From Candidatus Thorarchaeota archaeon (lineage in GTDB: Archaea > Asgardarchaeota > Thorarchaeia > Thorarchaeales > Thorarchaeaceae), in contig JBHLRP010000008.1 of NCBI GenBank assembly GCA_048882485.1, forward strand, positions 1 through 64,000: a DNA stretch of 64,000 nucleotides. Direction: 5' to 3'. The position numbers and the translations under genes were made by a program. Positions 1 to 9,547 of the stretch are shown here, piece by piece (the first letter of the stretch is position 1; the number at the start of each line of letters is the position of its first letter). The notes beneath the pieces are model-generated. The model saw only the letters and a list, made by a program, of their open reading frames with translations, did not search any database and was not told where the DNA came from.

Positions 1-279
1 GGATTCACTGAATAATCATCGAAAGGCTCGAATCCAGTGATTAGTGCTTTTGGCATGATGTTCTATCATTTACATTGATTTTTTAAAAAGTGTACTACCT
101 TACCATTAAAGAGCAATTCAGCCCAAGAATCGCGAAGGTGAAGGTCAATAAAAGGAAGAAAAGGGGAGAATCATCTCGATAGCAAATCCATCATTTATTA
201 TTCTAAGAAATAATTTATGGAGTTTGCTTCTTTTCAGCGTTTAGCGTGAGCGTAATTGCCTGTATATCCCCAATCGTTT

Positions 280-1452
280 CTATAGTGGCGGAAGTCCCAA
301 GAGCATTTTGCCCACCATCTCCTTGAGTTTCTCGGAATTGGAAAAATGCAGGGTGAGGCCTCTGGCATCGCGGTAGTAACGCTCGAGCGGGAGCTCCCGA
401 CTATAACCGGTTCCTCCATACACCTGCAGAGCCTTATTAGCTACATCAATCGCCATTTCGGTCGCGTTGAGCTTGGCCATATATAGCGGAAGCGGCGAAG
501 GCGGTTGCTGACTATCTAGCTGCTGAGCGGCTGAGTACGTCAATTCTCTCGATGCCGCCAGCGCTGTAGTCATCTCCGCTATCAGAAACTGAATACCTTG
601 ATAGCTGGAAATAGGCTTCTCGCCATTCTGCCTTGTCTTGGCATGTTCGGTCGCAGCATCGACCGCAGCCTGAGCAATCCCTAGTGATATAGCCGCCATG
701 CCCAGCATACTATGGCTAGCATATGCTGGGCCGACATTCATATAACCGTTCTCAGATCCCAGAAGATTTGTCTTGGGCACCCGGCAGTTTTTGAAGACCA
801 AATCTCCATTGGAAACGCCACATAGCCCCATAAAATCTGACTTTTTGCCAAAAGAGAAGCCTGGAGTACCTTTCTCGATGATAATGGCAGATAGGTCGAG
901 GGGTGTTTTCGCTCTATCAGTACGGAGCACGATAATGTAAACCTGTGCCTGTTCGGCTCCTGTTATTAGAGTCTTCGTCCCATTGACAATGAAACTGTCA
1001 CCGTTGGCCACGGCTTTGGTTGCTATCGCTAGAGAGTTGGAGCCTGAAGCCGCCTCGGTGACGGCGAGTGCCCCCAGTTTCTTTCCAGCAATCATCGCGG
1101 ATAGAAGTTTCTGCTTCTGTTCATCGGTGCCGGCCACGGCAAGCGCTCTGGTTACTAAGCTGTGTGTCAAAAAGACCAGGGCCGTTGAGGCACAACTTCT
1201 TGCGACCGCCTCGATCGCCAGCACAAACGAAACGTTATCAGCACCTCCACCGCCAAGTGCCTGAGGGATAGTCAGTCCGAAAAAACCAGCGGCTCCAAGT
1301 TTGTTGAGTCCATCCAACGGGAAAGAACTTTCTTTGTCCACCCGGGCGGCCTGGGGGGCGAGTTCTTTCAATGAGAGGTCTCGAGCTGCTGCTTGTATCT
1401 TTTTCTGAGCATCTGATAAATTCATGTTTTTCACATCACCAAATTCGTTCAT
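280..1452 (-). CDS. Acyl-CoA dehydrogenase-superfamily flavoprotein (non-canonical active site)
   Basis: ACAD motifs ALAVTEAASGS, NGTKTLITGA and LQVYGGTGYSRELPLERYYRDAR. The usual catalytic-Glu segment (IYEGT) reads TLHFSNS. Confidence 0.9.
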   Translation of the reverse strand: MNEFGDVKNMNLSDAQKKIQAAARDLSLKELAPQAARVDKESSFPLDGLNKLGAAGFFGLTIPQALGGGGADNVSFVLAIEAVARSCASTALVFLTHSLVTRALAVAGTDEQKQKLLSAMIAGKKLGALAVTEAASGSNSLAIATKAVANGDSFIVNGTKTLITGAEQAQVYIIVLRTDRAKTPLDLSAIIIEKGTPGFSFGKKSDFMGLCGVSNGDLVFKNCRVPKTNLLGSENGYMNVGPAYASHSMLGMAAISLGIAQAAVDAATEHAKTRQNGEKPISSYQGIQFLIAEMTTALAASRELTYSAAQQLDSQQPPSPLPLYMAKLNATEMAIDVANKALQVYGGTGYSRELPLERYYRDARGLTLHFSNSEKLKEMVGKMLLGLPPL

Positions 1453-1741
1453 AACATCCTAGAAATAAGAATTATAATTAGCTTCATTTCTGCATTTAAA
1501 CGCATTACGTAATTAATAAATTAAATATAATGTCATCTAATTATCTTAAGGTGATAAGATCTGGGATGAGAAAAGCTTATTCATTAGAGTCAAATCTTCG
1601 GTGAGGTGGATATTCCGCATTCTCTGGGCGCATAACTACTCACATATGCCACTCTAATCATGTACACTTTACACCATTATTGGAAACAAGGACATTATCC
1701 AGCTGAGTTAGGTGTTTCGTGAGCGGAAATAAGCCTGCATT

Positions 1742-2401
1742 CTACAAGATCGAGAACACAATGAACCATAGACCCAAGAGGATTTGAAATACTCCTATTC
1801 CAACACTGACCCAGTTGATTCCACCCACCTTTACAGTCTTGGTTGCCTTGTCCGAGCCAAGTGATAGAAACGCCCCGAAAACGAAATCTGTAGAAATGTG
1901 GGTGAGGTACATTAAAACGCCTGCAAGGAAGACTGTGCCAATGCCAACCTGTAGCTCTGCTACCAACAGCGTCACGCTTGAAAGACCTATGGCAAACCAC
2001 CAGAGGAGGAAGTATGGCGAGAGAAGGCTGACCACCGCTCCTTGAGCTGTCGCCTCTATCATAGTAGATGCAGTGCTCCTCTCCTCATTGTCTGGAAACC
2101 GACTCTCATCCTTATGGCGATAGTCTTTCAGTGCCAGAAATCCAAAGAGAATGACAACAATGCCTCCGAATCCTGCAATAAGGTCTATTGCAAAATCAGT
2201 TAGTTCAAGGGATTCAACGCCAACGATAATCGCTACAATGATTCCCAGCTCAATGATAGCATGACCAACCATTGGGAGTATCCCATGGATCTTGTCGTGT
2301 CGACTAGCCTGCATGACCACGGCTGCTGAGAGTGGTCCTGGTGCGAGCGCTCCAGTCAGAGAGACCATCCACCAAAATGCTAGAATTTCGACTACTCCCA
2401 T
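1742..2401 (-). CDS. LysE-family translocator
   Basis: N-terminal SLTGALAPGP motif, GH, internal SPYFLLWW, about 6 TM helices. Confidence 0.85.
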   Translation of the reverse strand: MGVVEILAFWWMVSLTGALAPGPLSAAVVMQASRHDKIHGILPMVGHAIIELGIIVAIIVGVESLELTDFAIDLIAGFGGIVVILFGFLALKDYRHKDESRFPDNEERSTASTMIEATAQGAVVSLLSPYFLLWWFAIGLSSVTLLVAELQVGIGTVFLAGVLMYLTHISTDFVFGAFLSLGSDKATKTVKVGGINWVSVGIGVFQILLGLWFIVFSIL

Positions 2402-2579
2402 GTGTCAACCTCTCCAATTTCAACGTTCAACACCTCAAAAACGTGGTGCTATAGCTCTGGATATAGCTCAGCACTATATCTCCATGTATCACGTGTATTA
2501 CAGACATTATACATTCGTTTCTAGAAAGCCTTAAGAGCTAAAAAATCGGAGCCGAGTGCAATCTCGGAGCTGCACGCAA

Positions 2580-3731
2580 GTGAAACAAGTCCAGATAGTC
2601 GTACCCTTCGAGAAGACTGAAGCGGTTTACGATTTTCTTCTAGATGGTCTCAACGTGAAGAACATTATGAAGTTCACGTCAGATAATGCGCATCTACTCA
2701 CCTTTAGGATTCCTGATGATGGTGCATTAGAAACTATGGAGAAACTCAAGTCACGAGGGGTCGGAGTTGAGTATGGATTCATAGATATCCTCGACTTAAA
2801 GGCATCTCTACCAAGAGAGAGTGAGGAAGTTCGAGAAGGCATTATGCAAAGAGACGCGTCGCTTGCTGTTGAAGAGATCTATGAGAATGTAAAATCTCAA
2901 TCATCCTTAAGCTTCGATTTCCTTGCCTTTACAATTTTCGCCGCAGCAATGGCTGGATTCGGTCTCATTATGAATAATGTAACAATAATCGTCGCTTCTA
3001 TGTTGCTAAGCCCGCTGATGGGCCCTATGCTAGCTGTTGCTTTGGGCTATGTGGTGCAAGATCGAAATCTGTTTGTCAAGGGAACAGTGAATGAGCTAAT
3101 ATCCTTGGGACTATCCCTTGCCGTGGGCTTAATTCTCGCTCTAATCATCGCAGTCGCCAGTCCCAATTTCATGACGGTTGTAGAGAATGATGTTGCTTCC
3201 GAAGTTTATACAGAGATCACCAGACGCGGTGGATTACCTTCCCTTTTCTTTCCTTTCTCATCATGGGATATTGGTGTCGCTATCTTCTCAGGAGCTGCAG
3301 TAGCAATATCAGTCACCAGAGGAGATATGTCATCACTTGTTGGTGTTGCTATTTCAGCTGCGCTGATGCCGCCAGCAGTGAATGCCTCCCTAATGGTTGT
3401 GCTTGGTGCTCTCACGGGTTCTTCCGTTGGGGTGTCAATTGGAGTGAATTCATTCCTTCTACTTGGAATGAACATAATCTTCATCGACGTATTCGCAATT
3501 GTGATGTTCAGAATCAAGAGGCTAACTCCCTTGGCGGATAAGTCAGCGACGTGGAGGGCAGTGACAGAGTTTAGACAGACCCGTTCTGAGAGTCTTTATC
3601 ATATTCCGAACAATGAGTCTGCTACCAAGTCAGATGAGCCGGAGTCGGCTGCAACTTTCAAACCCGCACCAACCGCTACACCCACGCCATCGAAGGACAA
3701 ACCAGAAAGCTCGAAGGATTCTGCTGAATAG
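2580..3731 (+). CDS. DUF389/TIGR00341-family membrane protein
   Basis: IIVASMLLSPLMGP and VGVAISAALMPPAV motifs, soluble N-domain, low-complexity tail. Start set at GTG 2580 (ORF track gives 2556). Confidence 0.85.
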   Translation: MKQVQIVVPFEKTEAVYDFLLDGLNVKNIMKFTSDNAHLLTFRIPDDGALETMEKLKSRGVGVEYGFIDILDLKASLPRESEEVREGIMQRDASLAVEEIYENVKSQSSLSFDFLAFTIFAAAMAGFGLIMNNVTIIVASMLLSPLMGPMLAVALGYVVQDRNLFVKGTVNELISLGLSLAVGLILALIIAVASPNFMTVVENDVASEVYTEITRRGGLPSLFFPFSSWDIGVAIFSGAAVAISVTRGDMSSLVGVAISAALMPPAVNASLMVVLGALTGSSVGVSIGVNSFLLLGMNIIFIDVFAIVMFRIKRLTPLADKSATWRAVTEFRQTRSESLYHIPNNESATKSDEPESAATFKPAPTATPTPSKDKPESSKDSAE

Positions 3732-3813
3732 TGGGTAGAAATCCGCCCCTGGTAATACTCGCTTTCTTAGAATTCTAACCAGGGTTAACACTTGATTGGA
3801 GTCCTGATGAAAG

Positions 3814-4086
3814 ATGGGTAAAGTCAAGGGAACAAAAAACAAGCTGTTCAAGGGTTTGACCGAGCACGATGTTCTCACATTTGAAGAAGAGAAGATGCGA
3901 TTCCAGCGAAGAATGGGAAGAAAAGTCACAGATCTTGAGTTCCTACGACATCTGCTGATGTCTGCATCCCGACCACTGATATCTGTGAAAGAAGGATTAT
4001 CCGAAGGATATCTAGCGGGCAGCCGACCCATCTACGACAAAAGCGATACAATTCTTTCACGCTATCGGGAGCAGGCCAAGGACTGA
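3814..4086 (+). CDS. Small basic hypothetical protein, possible ribbon-helix-helix DNA-binding fold
   Basis: ATG-initiated 90-aa ORF filling a gap. Strand-helix-turn-helix-like pattern KNKLFKGLT..EEEKMRFQRRMGRKVTDLEFLRHLL. Confidence 0.55.
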   Translation: MGKVKGTKNKLFKGLTEHDVLTFEEEKMRFQRRMGRKVTDLEFLRHLLMSASRPLISVKEGLSEGYLAGSRPIYDKSDTILSRYREQAKD

Positions 4087-4105
4087 TTCAAAGAATGATT
4101 GGAAC

Positions 4106-5689
4106 TCATTGTCCGTAGAAGCGTGCAAGGAATTCTTTGAAGTAGGGACACAAGCTTCCCATCCAATATAGATTGCCAAAGCATTCCTTGGCCAATGCCT
4201 TCCGCTCAACGCGACACTCGAAGTTTCTCTCACCGTCAAAGAACACGCATAGGTCGCTTTCAATGTTTGAGTCATCGTATATCCTTCTGCGGACCTCTCT
4301 CATCAAATCTGAGTCACTAGAGCTAAGCCATTCCTCTGACTTGCCCATCAATTCGTCAACCGATTTGACAATCTCTGGGTCTGGCTCTTCTTCCTTTGCC
4401 CATTGAGTCACGAGTACACTCATGTCTGCGTTGAAGGCAGAGAGCGGCCATCCAATGTCATCAGAGACCTCCCTAGCGCGCTTATAGAAGACGATTGCAT
4501 CATCGTACTCCCCGGTGAGGAAATGAGCATCTCCTGTCAAGAAGAGTGCAAGGACGAGAAATGACTTCATGCCAGCATCTTCTGCTAGCTTGATGGATTT
4601 TTCATAGAGGTCTGAGGCTTCAGCGATGTTCCCCTTCCTAAGCTCGACATCACCTAGATTAGCTGTTGCAGTTGCGATTCCTATAACATACTCGGCTTCA
4701 TGGCTGATTTCTAGAGCTCGTCGGTTGTAGGTTTCCATTTGATCAATTTGACCTAGCGCCCTATCAATTTCTCCAACATTGATTAGTGTCTTAGCGAGGC
4801 CAACCTGGTTGTTCAGCTGTTGCTGAATTATGAGCAGCTCCTCGAATGTATCCCTTGCATCTTGAAGCTGTCCAATGTCTAGGAGGATGACTCCCTCTGT
4901 GTTCCTGGCGTCCGCCAAACCTGCCAAATAGCCCATATTCTCGTATTTATTGATAGCCACAGCAATGAGTGTCTTGGCACGCTCGTATTCGTACCTCTCC
5001 TCCAAGATTCTGGCACGATTATATGTAATATCTGTCAAAGCCAGTTGATGATTCAGGTGTCTAGCCGTATCTTCTGCGGAATCAAGGCGTATGAATGCCT
5101 CTTCGCGTGAGATTGCAATGCTTGCGATGTAAGCCTGGATGATTCTTGCCCTCAAGAGAGCGGCCTGCACCTTAGTTCTGATGTCTTGATTCTTAGAGGA
5201 TTCCTTAGTAACTCTCTCGATACTCTCAGAGGCGACTTGCATAGCGTGGTCGGTATAACCCAAATCAATGAGGACAGCTGAGAGTTCTCCAGATAGCTCT
5301 GCAAATACGACATAGTCTTTCGCTTGCCATGCTTGGTTTGTGATGTTTCTGAGATTATTCAACCACCGAGGGTCAAGGCTCTGTCTGCAATACGATGAGG
5401 CGGCATACCCTTTGCATGCAAGATTGGAAGTGCCTCGGGCCAGAACCTGATTGAATCCATACTTGCCTCTGAGATAGCTTGCTTTTGCACACATTGCCAG
5501 AAATGCATCGCTTCGATTCTTCCATTCTCCACTCCCTATAAATTCGAGGAGCACATCAGTGAATTGCATAAAGGGATCCTTATCGGTTCTACGTTCTGCT
5601 ATCATTCGGCTTTCGAGCTGTTCAATCTCAGAGGGCTCAAGGCCCTGAGAATACATCATGAACTCGGGTATTATTGGATTCGTTGTCAA
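4106..5689 (-). CDS. Tetratricopeptide-repeat protein with C-terminal 4-Cys domain
   Basis: ~40-aa TPR units (AKTLINVGEIDRALG, ATANLGDVELRKG, LFLTGDAHFLTGEYDDAI). Four Cys in the last ~50 aa. Confidence 0.85.
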   Translation of the reverse strand: MTTNPIIPEFMMYSQGLEPSEIEQLESRMIAERRTDKDPFMQFTDVLLEFIGSGEWKNRSDAFLAMCAKASYLRGKYGFNQVLARGTSNLACKGYAASSYCRQSLDPRWLNNLRNITNQAWQAKDYVVFAELSGELSAVLIDLGYTDHAMQVASESIERVTKESSKNQDIRTKVQAALLRARIIQAYIASIAISREEAFIRLDSAEDTARHLNHQLALTDITYNRARILEERYEYERAKTLIAVAINKYENMGYLAGLADARNTEGVILLDIGQLQDARDTFEELLIIQQQLNNQVGLAKTLINVGEIDRALGQIDQMETYNRRALEISHEAEYVIGIATATANLGDVELRKGNIAEASDLYEKSIKLAEDAGMKSFLVLALFLTGDAHFLTGEYDDAIVFYKRAREVSDDIGWPLSAFNADMSVLVTQWAKEEEPDPEIVKSVDELMGKSEEWLSSSDSDLMREVRRRIYDDSNIESDLCVFFDGERNFECRVERKALAKECFGNLYWMGSLCPYFKEFLARFYGQ

Positions 5690-5833
5690 TGTGTATTATT
5701 CTCCGCTCGTAAAGCAAAGGCTCCCTGCGTGCATCCTTATGCAAGGCTCTGCAGACCTTGTCAAAAGGCTTGTAAGAAAACTGCCCGCAGAGTTATCAAC
5801 ACGCTGAATTACTTTTATCTCATCCTATCATGT

Positions 5834-6229
5834 CTAGAGGGAGGCTCGAAGCCTGCTGTCTGGTGCTACCTTCTTGATTAACTCAATCAAGTCGTACATA
5901 CTGAATGGCTTTTGCAGGTATGCTCGCGCTCCTGCTGCCAAGATGGTTTCTGTGTAATCTTCCACAAGGTCTGATATTGCTATGATTGACAATGAGGAAT
6001 CAATATCCAGTAAATCCTCTACCAGTCGAATGTTATCATCATCTTCGAGTTCCAAATCCAATATCACGACATCAGGATTCTTCTTCAGGCAGGAAACAAT
6101 AAGGTCAGTTCGGTTGGTGACTTCATCAACAACTGTGAGCCCAGCATCTTCTATTGCCATCTTCAATAGGACTCTTAGGAAGGGGACATCTCCAGCAATT
6201 ATCACAGCCAAGGTGGACTCAGCCGTCAA
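5834..6229 (-). CDS. Single-domain response regulator (atypical receiver)
   Basis: PDVVILD and AGARAYLQKPF motifs; the beta1 acidic pair is degenerate (IAGD). TTG start at 6229 after GAGGTG. Confidence 0.85.
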   Translation of the reverse strand: MTAESTLAVIIAGDVPFLRVLLKMAIEDAGLTVVDEVTNRTDLIVSCLKKNPDVVILDLELEDDDNIRLVEDLLDIDSSLSIIAISDLVEDYTETILAAGARAYLQKPFSMYDLIELIKKVAPDSRLRASL

Positions 6230-6276
6230 TTGCTGCCACCTCTCCCAATACATTTATGCAACTCACGATTTGAACC

Positions 6277-6639
6277 TCAGTCGGATACCGCTTTCTCAAC
6301 TAGATCAAGCATGTGTCGTATTGTAACCGGCTTCAGACCAAACGAGCGTGCTCCCCCGTTTAGCGCCTGTTCACGTACATTGGCATCCGCACTGATGAAA
6401 ACGATCTTGGCACTTGGCTCGATTTCAAGTATGTCTTTCATTGCATCTAGGCCGTCACGGTTGGGCATTCTATGGTCTAGAATAATGACTTCCGGCTTGG
6501 GATTCATTTCTTTGTATTTCACAACGGCCTCTTCACCATCGAATGCGTCTGCGATTACCTGATGTCCCTTGATCGCAAAGACGTCTTTGTAGAGCCTGTG
6601 CAGAATGGCTTCGTCGTCGATGATGAATATGCTTACCAT
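6277..6639 (-). CDS. Single-domain CheY-like response regulator
   Basis: IIDDE, ILDHRMPNRDG, FISA and LKP motifs all intact. ATG start at 6639. Confidence 0.92.
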   Translation of the reverse strand: MVSIFIIDDEAILHRLYKDVFAIKGHQVIADAFDGEEAVVKYKEMNPKPEVIILDHRMPNRDGLDAMKDILEIEPSAKIVFISADANVREQALNGGARSFGLKPVTIRHMLDLVEKAVSD

Positions 6640-6714
6640 TGTGCTCGTGCCCACCTTTCGATGTCTTGAACTCTGTAGATGCACCCCTTTCCTCTCTCAG
6701 CATAAGGAACAGGG

Positions 6715-6739
6715 CTAACTCACTATAGTGATAAGTTAG
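6715..6739. promoter_or_regulatory. Palindromic putative transcription-factor site upstream of the receiver genes
   Basis: TCACTATAGTGA perfect palindrome (6720-6731) flanked by CTAACT/AGTTAG. Confidence 0.35.
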
Positions 6740-6839
6740 TCTTCTCCTTGGCGTTATAAATGATATTGGTGCTGGTCTGCATTTGCGGAGTACGAGCCTC
6801 GATTTTCAATTGCAGTTGCCCTTAAGTCTAGAGGTATGA

Positions 6840-7800
6840 CGCAATATCGCTTTGTGGATTTCCACTCCAAATTAGACTATCATTGCGTTGTCAAATCGCA
6901 TGCTTGCCCATTTTCTAGCTATCCGCTTACTCTCAATTCTGCGCTCAGACCTTGCCGATATTTGGAAAGGATTTCCATTTTATCTAATTTATTTGTCATC
7001 GAAATAATTCAAGTTTTATCTATACTATTGTTCCGCATATGCAATAATATTATATTATATGATGGGGAATACCTAGAAACATACCTGAGAACAAAGGACA
7101 TACTTCCATCTGGCCTGATGTTATTTCTAGATCTGACCTTTGGCATTCTGTTGCTAGGGCATGATTTTCCTGTATTCACTTTTCGAATACACTAGTACAC
7201 TCTACCCTCTGATATGGTCGGAAGCTATACTCACTTATCGTGTACTACTACACTTTTCCGAGGATAATCAGGGTTATTTCGTTAACTTTTCTTGCCATAG
7301 ACAATATAACACGGTTTCTGAGTATACGTTGATATGGACAAGGACGACTTACTATGGAAATAAGCGCTCTGAGAATAGCAAATGAGGCCTTGTCTTCATG
7401 ACCTGATGTGAAATAGAACTCGATTGTAAATGCCGCATATGCCCGCATAATGGTATTAATATTTCCATCATGGGGTAATTATATAATATCAATTATATAG
7501 TGGAAAAAATCGTCTAATGTTTTAGGAAATAATTGCTTAACAAGTCACTCATAAAAGACATATGTCCATAAATCGAGGAACTGGTCGAAAATTAGAGGAT
7601 TTCATTATGTGATGATGAGATTGCATCGTTGAAGAAGAACCGTCTGCTGGCTACGTGGTCTGCGTTATCCAATAGGATTTGAATATCCAGGTGATCAGAG
7701 AATTTGCTCTTACTCTTGGAAAGCATATTCATCAGTACACACTGGATGATGATTGATTATATGCAGTAAATGCTAGCTGGCATGTATTACAAGGTCCAAA
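6840..7800. other. Long AT-rich non-coding region, candidate replication origin
   Basis: No credible ORF. TTTCCA/TGGAAA at 6859, 6963, 6972, 7355, 7462, 7501 and 7717; very AT-rich core ~7450-7560. Confidence 0.35.
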
Positions 7801-7821
7801 ATAGTATCTTTCATACAATAG

Positions 7822-8092
7822 TTGCGTACACGTTTGGCCTTAGTGCCGTTGTGCGAATCACTGGTATTCTCTCCTACTCTCTCTCCGAAACAGGAAGTGC
7901 GGGACAAGGCAAAAGCTTACTCCAACAACTCCCCGAATCCTAGCGTGTACCGACAAGTACTCTTGACAGGAGTGCTCCAATCAACCTGCCCTGGCAAAAC
8001 ACAACCCCAATCCGTCGAAGCGGTCGGTACACGCTTACTTCCTCTCAAGACGGTTCTCGTTGAGGCCGACGTTTACTAACTCTAGTTGGTAC
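7822..8092 (+). ncRNA. Putative structured non-coding RNA of unknown class
   Basis: 13-bp perfect helix 7942-7954/8023-8035 abutting an 8-bp helix 7892-7899/8036-8043. Several internal and flanking hairpins whose mismatches are G-U on the + strand. Confidence 0.55.
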
Positions 8093-8152
8093 ACATATGC
8101 ACTCCCATCGGTAATTGTTATCAAGGAGGAGGCTTGTTCATCTTTTCTTGAG

Positions 8153-9352
8153 ATGGGATACGATACCGACGTGCTCATCATAGGAGCAGGGCCCGCTGGT
8201 CTTTCAGCTGCAAAACAGCTAGCTCTGATGGACATGCCTTACATTCTGATACATCGCGAGAGAAGTCCTTGCGAAAGGAAGGCTTGTGGTGGATTCATTC
8301 CTCTTAGGGCGCTTGAGAGATTCGAGATTGAAGATTTTCCGGGTGCATATCCTGTTGAAGCTGTAAGGATGAGATTTCCAGGCACTGATTCCTCAGTTGT
8401 AGAGTTCGATGAGAAAGTTGGCGTCAATGCAACCAGATATGACATAGGCCAAGCTCAATTGTCGTCTATCAGCCAAGCAGACAGCATTTGGTCAGAAACC
8501 GAAGCGGTCCGAGTTGATATCACAGCAGATAGATGTGTTACAATGATTGTCAGAGATGAGCAAACTGAAGAAACCTCATCACAGATAGTAATCGATGCCA
8601 GCGGAGTTAATCCGTTTACACAACGTTTGGTGCCAATAAGAGATAGGATTCCTAACACATCAATGGGATACGCGGTCCAGTATCAGATGCGACTCGGATC
8701 TGATTCTGAACAATTGAGAGGAGTTAATGATTTCATCTATGGTAGTGAATACTCACCCGGTGGATATGCGTGGGCTTTTCCCAGGGGCAAGGAGGTTGCC
8801 GTTGGTATAGGCGGCCTGATAGAACGTGTTCGGAACAGTAAGAAACGAGTCAAGGATTATCTCGATGATATGCTAGCTTCATTTGAACCATTGAAGAGTG
8901 AACTGGAAAATGCAACGGTGTTTAGGCAGGAGTCTGCACTTATGCCCCTCGCTGGAATTGTCCGTCCATCATACTCCCAACGGCTTATGCTAGCTGGTGA
9001 TGCAGCGGGCCATTGTTCTCCAATTACAGGTGAAGGAATTTTCTATTCTATGATTGCAGGAGAATTAGCTGCTATGACAGCTCATGAGGCAATTAGGAGA
9101 GATGACATCACTGCAAATCAGCTAGCAAGATACGAGAAAAGATGGATTCAAGAATTTGGCTCAGATCTGAAATGGGGGTTGTGGCTTCAAAGGAGGTTCT
9201 TGAGAGAGGGCTCAACGTCGATGGGATCGGTCTTTCTTCGGTCAAAGAGATCGCAAAGATTGATTGCTGAGATGCTCCTTGGGAAGAGATCGGTGAGGGG
9301 TACGATAGTGCGCGCAATACCAAGCTACATCCGTTCAAAGCTTGGAGTCTAG
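8153..9352 (+). CDS. Geranylgeranyl reductase-family FAD-dependent oxidoreductase
   Basis: DVLIIGAGPAG, KACGG, GYAWAFP and AGDAAG..PITGEGI motifs. Start at ATG 8153. Confidence 0.9.
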   Translation: MGYDTDVLIIGAGPAGLSAAKQLALMDMPYILIHRERSPCERKACGGFIPLRALERFEIEDFPGAYPVEAVRMRFPGTDSSVVEFDEKVGVNATRYDIGQAQLSSISQADSIWSETEAVRVDITADRCVTMIVRDEQTEETSSQIVIDASGVNPFTQRLVPIRDRIPNTSMGYAVQYQMRLGSDSEQLRGVNDFIYGSEYSPGGYAWAFPRGKEVAVGIGGLIERVRNSKKRVKDYLDDMLASFEPLKSELENATVFRQESALMPLAGIVRPSYSQRLMLAGDAAGHCSPITGEGIFYSMIAGELAAMTAHEAIRRDDITANQLARYEKRWIQEFGSDLKWGLWLQRRFLREGSTSMGSVFLRSKRSQRLIAEMLLGKRSVRGTIVRAIPSYIRSKLGV

Positions 9353-9547
9353 GTCCGTTTCACATTCATTTGTTAAGAATCTCTGACTCGTCCAAGAAGT
9401 TACAAATGAATTAACTTGCATTAAGTATAGTTACAGAATGTTTTTATTGGAGTTCGGCAAATGTTTGGCAACTTTCAATTTGAACGTAATCGTAACCAAT
9501 CGGTTAGAAATTGGGACTTGCCGGAAGTCCGGGAGAATGAGAGAGGT

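Noticed and set aside
1586-1660. ATTAGAGT/ACTCTAAT inverted repeat as a MITE or IS end
   Set aside because: Only 8 bp, no target-site duplication or second copy seen, no transposase.
6836-7448. ORFs of 119, 74 and 66 aa in the AT-rich gap
   Set aside because: Overlapping, atypical composition, no motifs; likely spurious.
8002-8010. CAACCCCAA in the putative ncRNA equals the Tetrahymena telomerase template
   Set aside because: A 9-mer match is easily chance, and there is no reverse transcriptase in the window.
7822-8092. Identification as SRP RNA, RNase P RNA or tRNA
   Set aside because: The diagnostic conserved motifs are absent on both strands.
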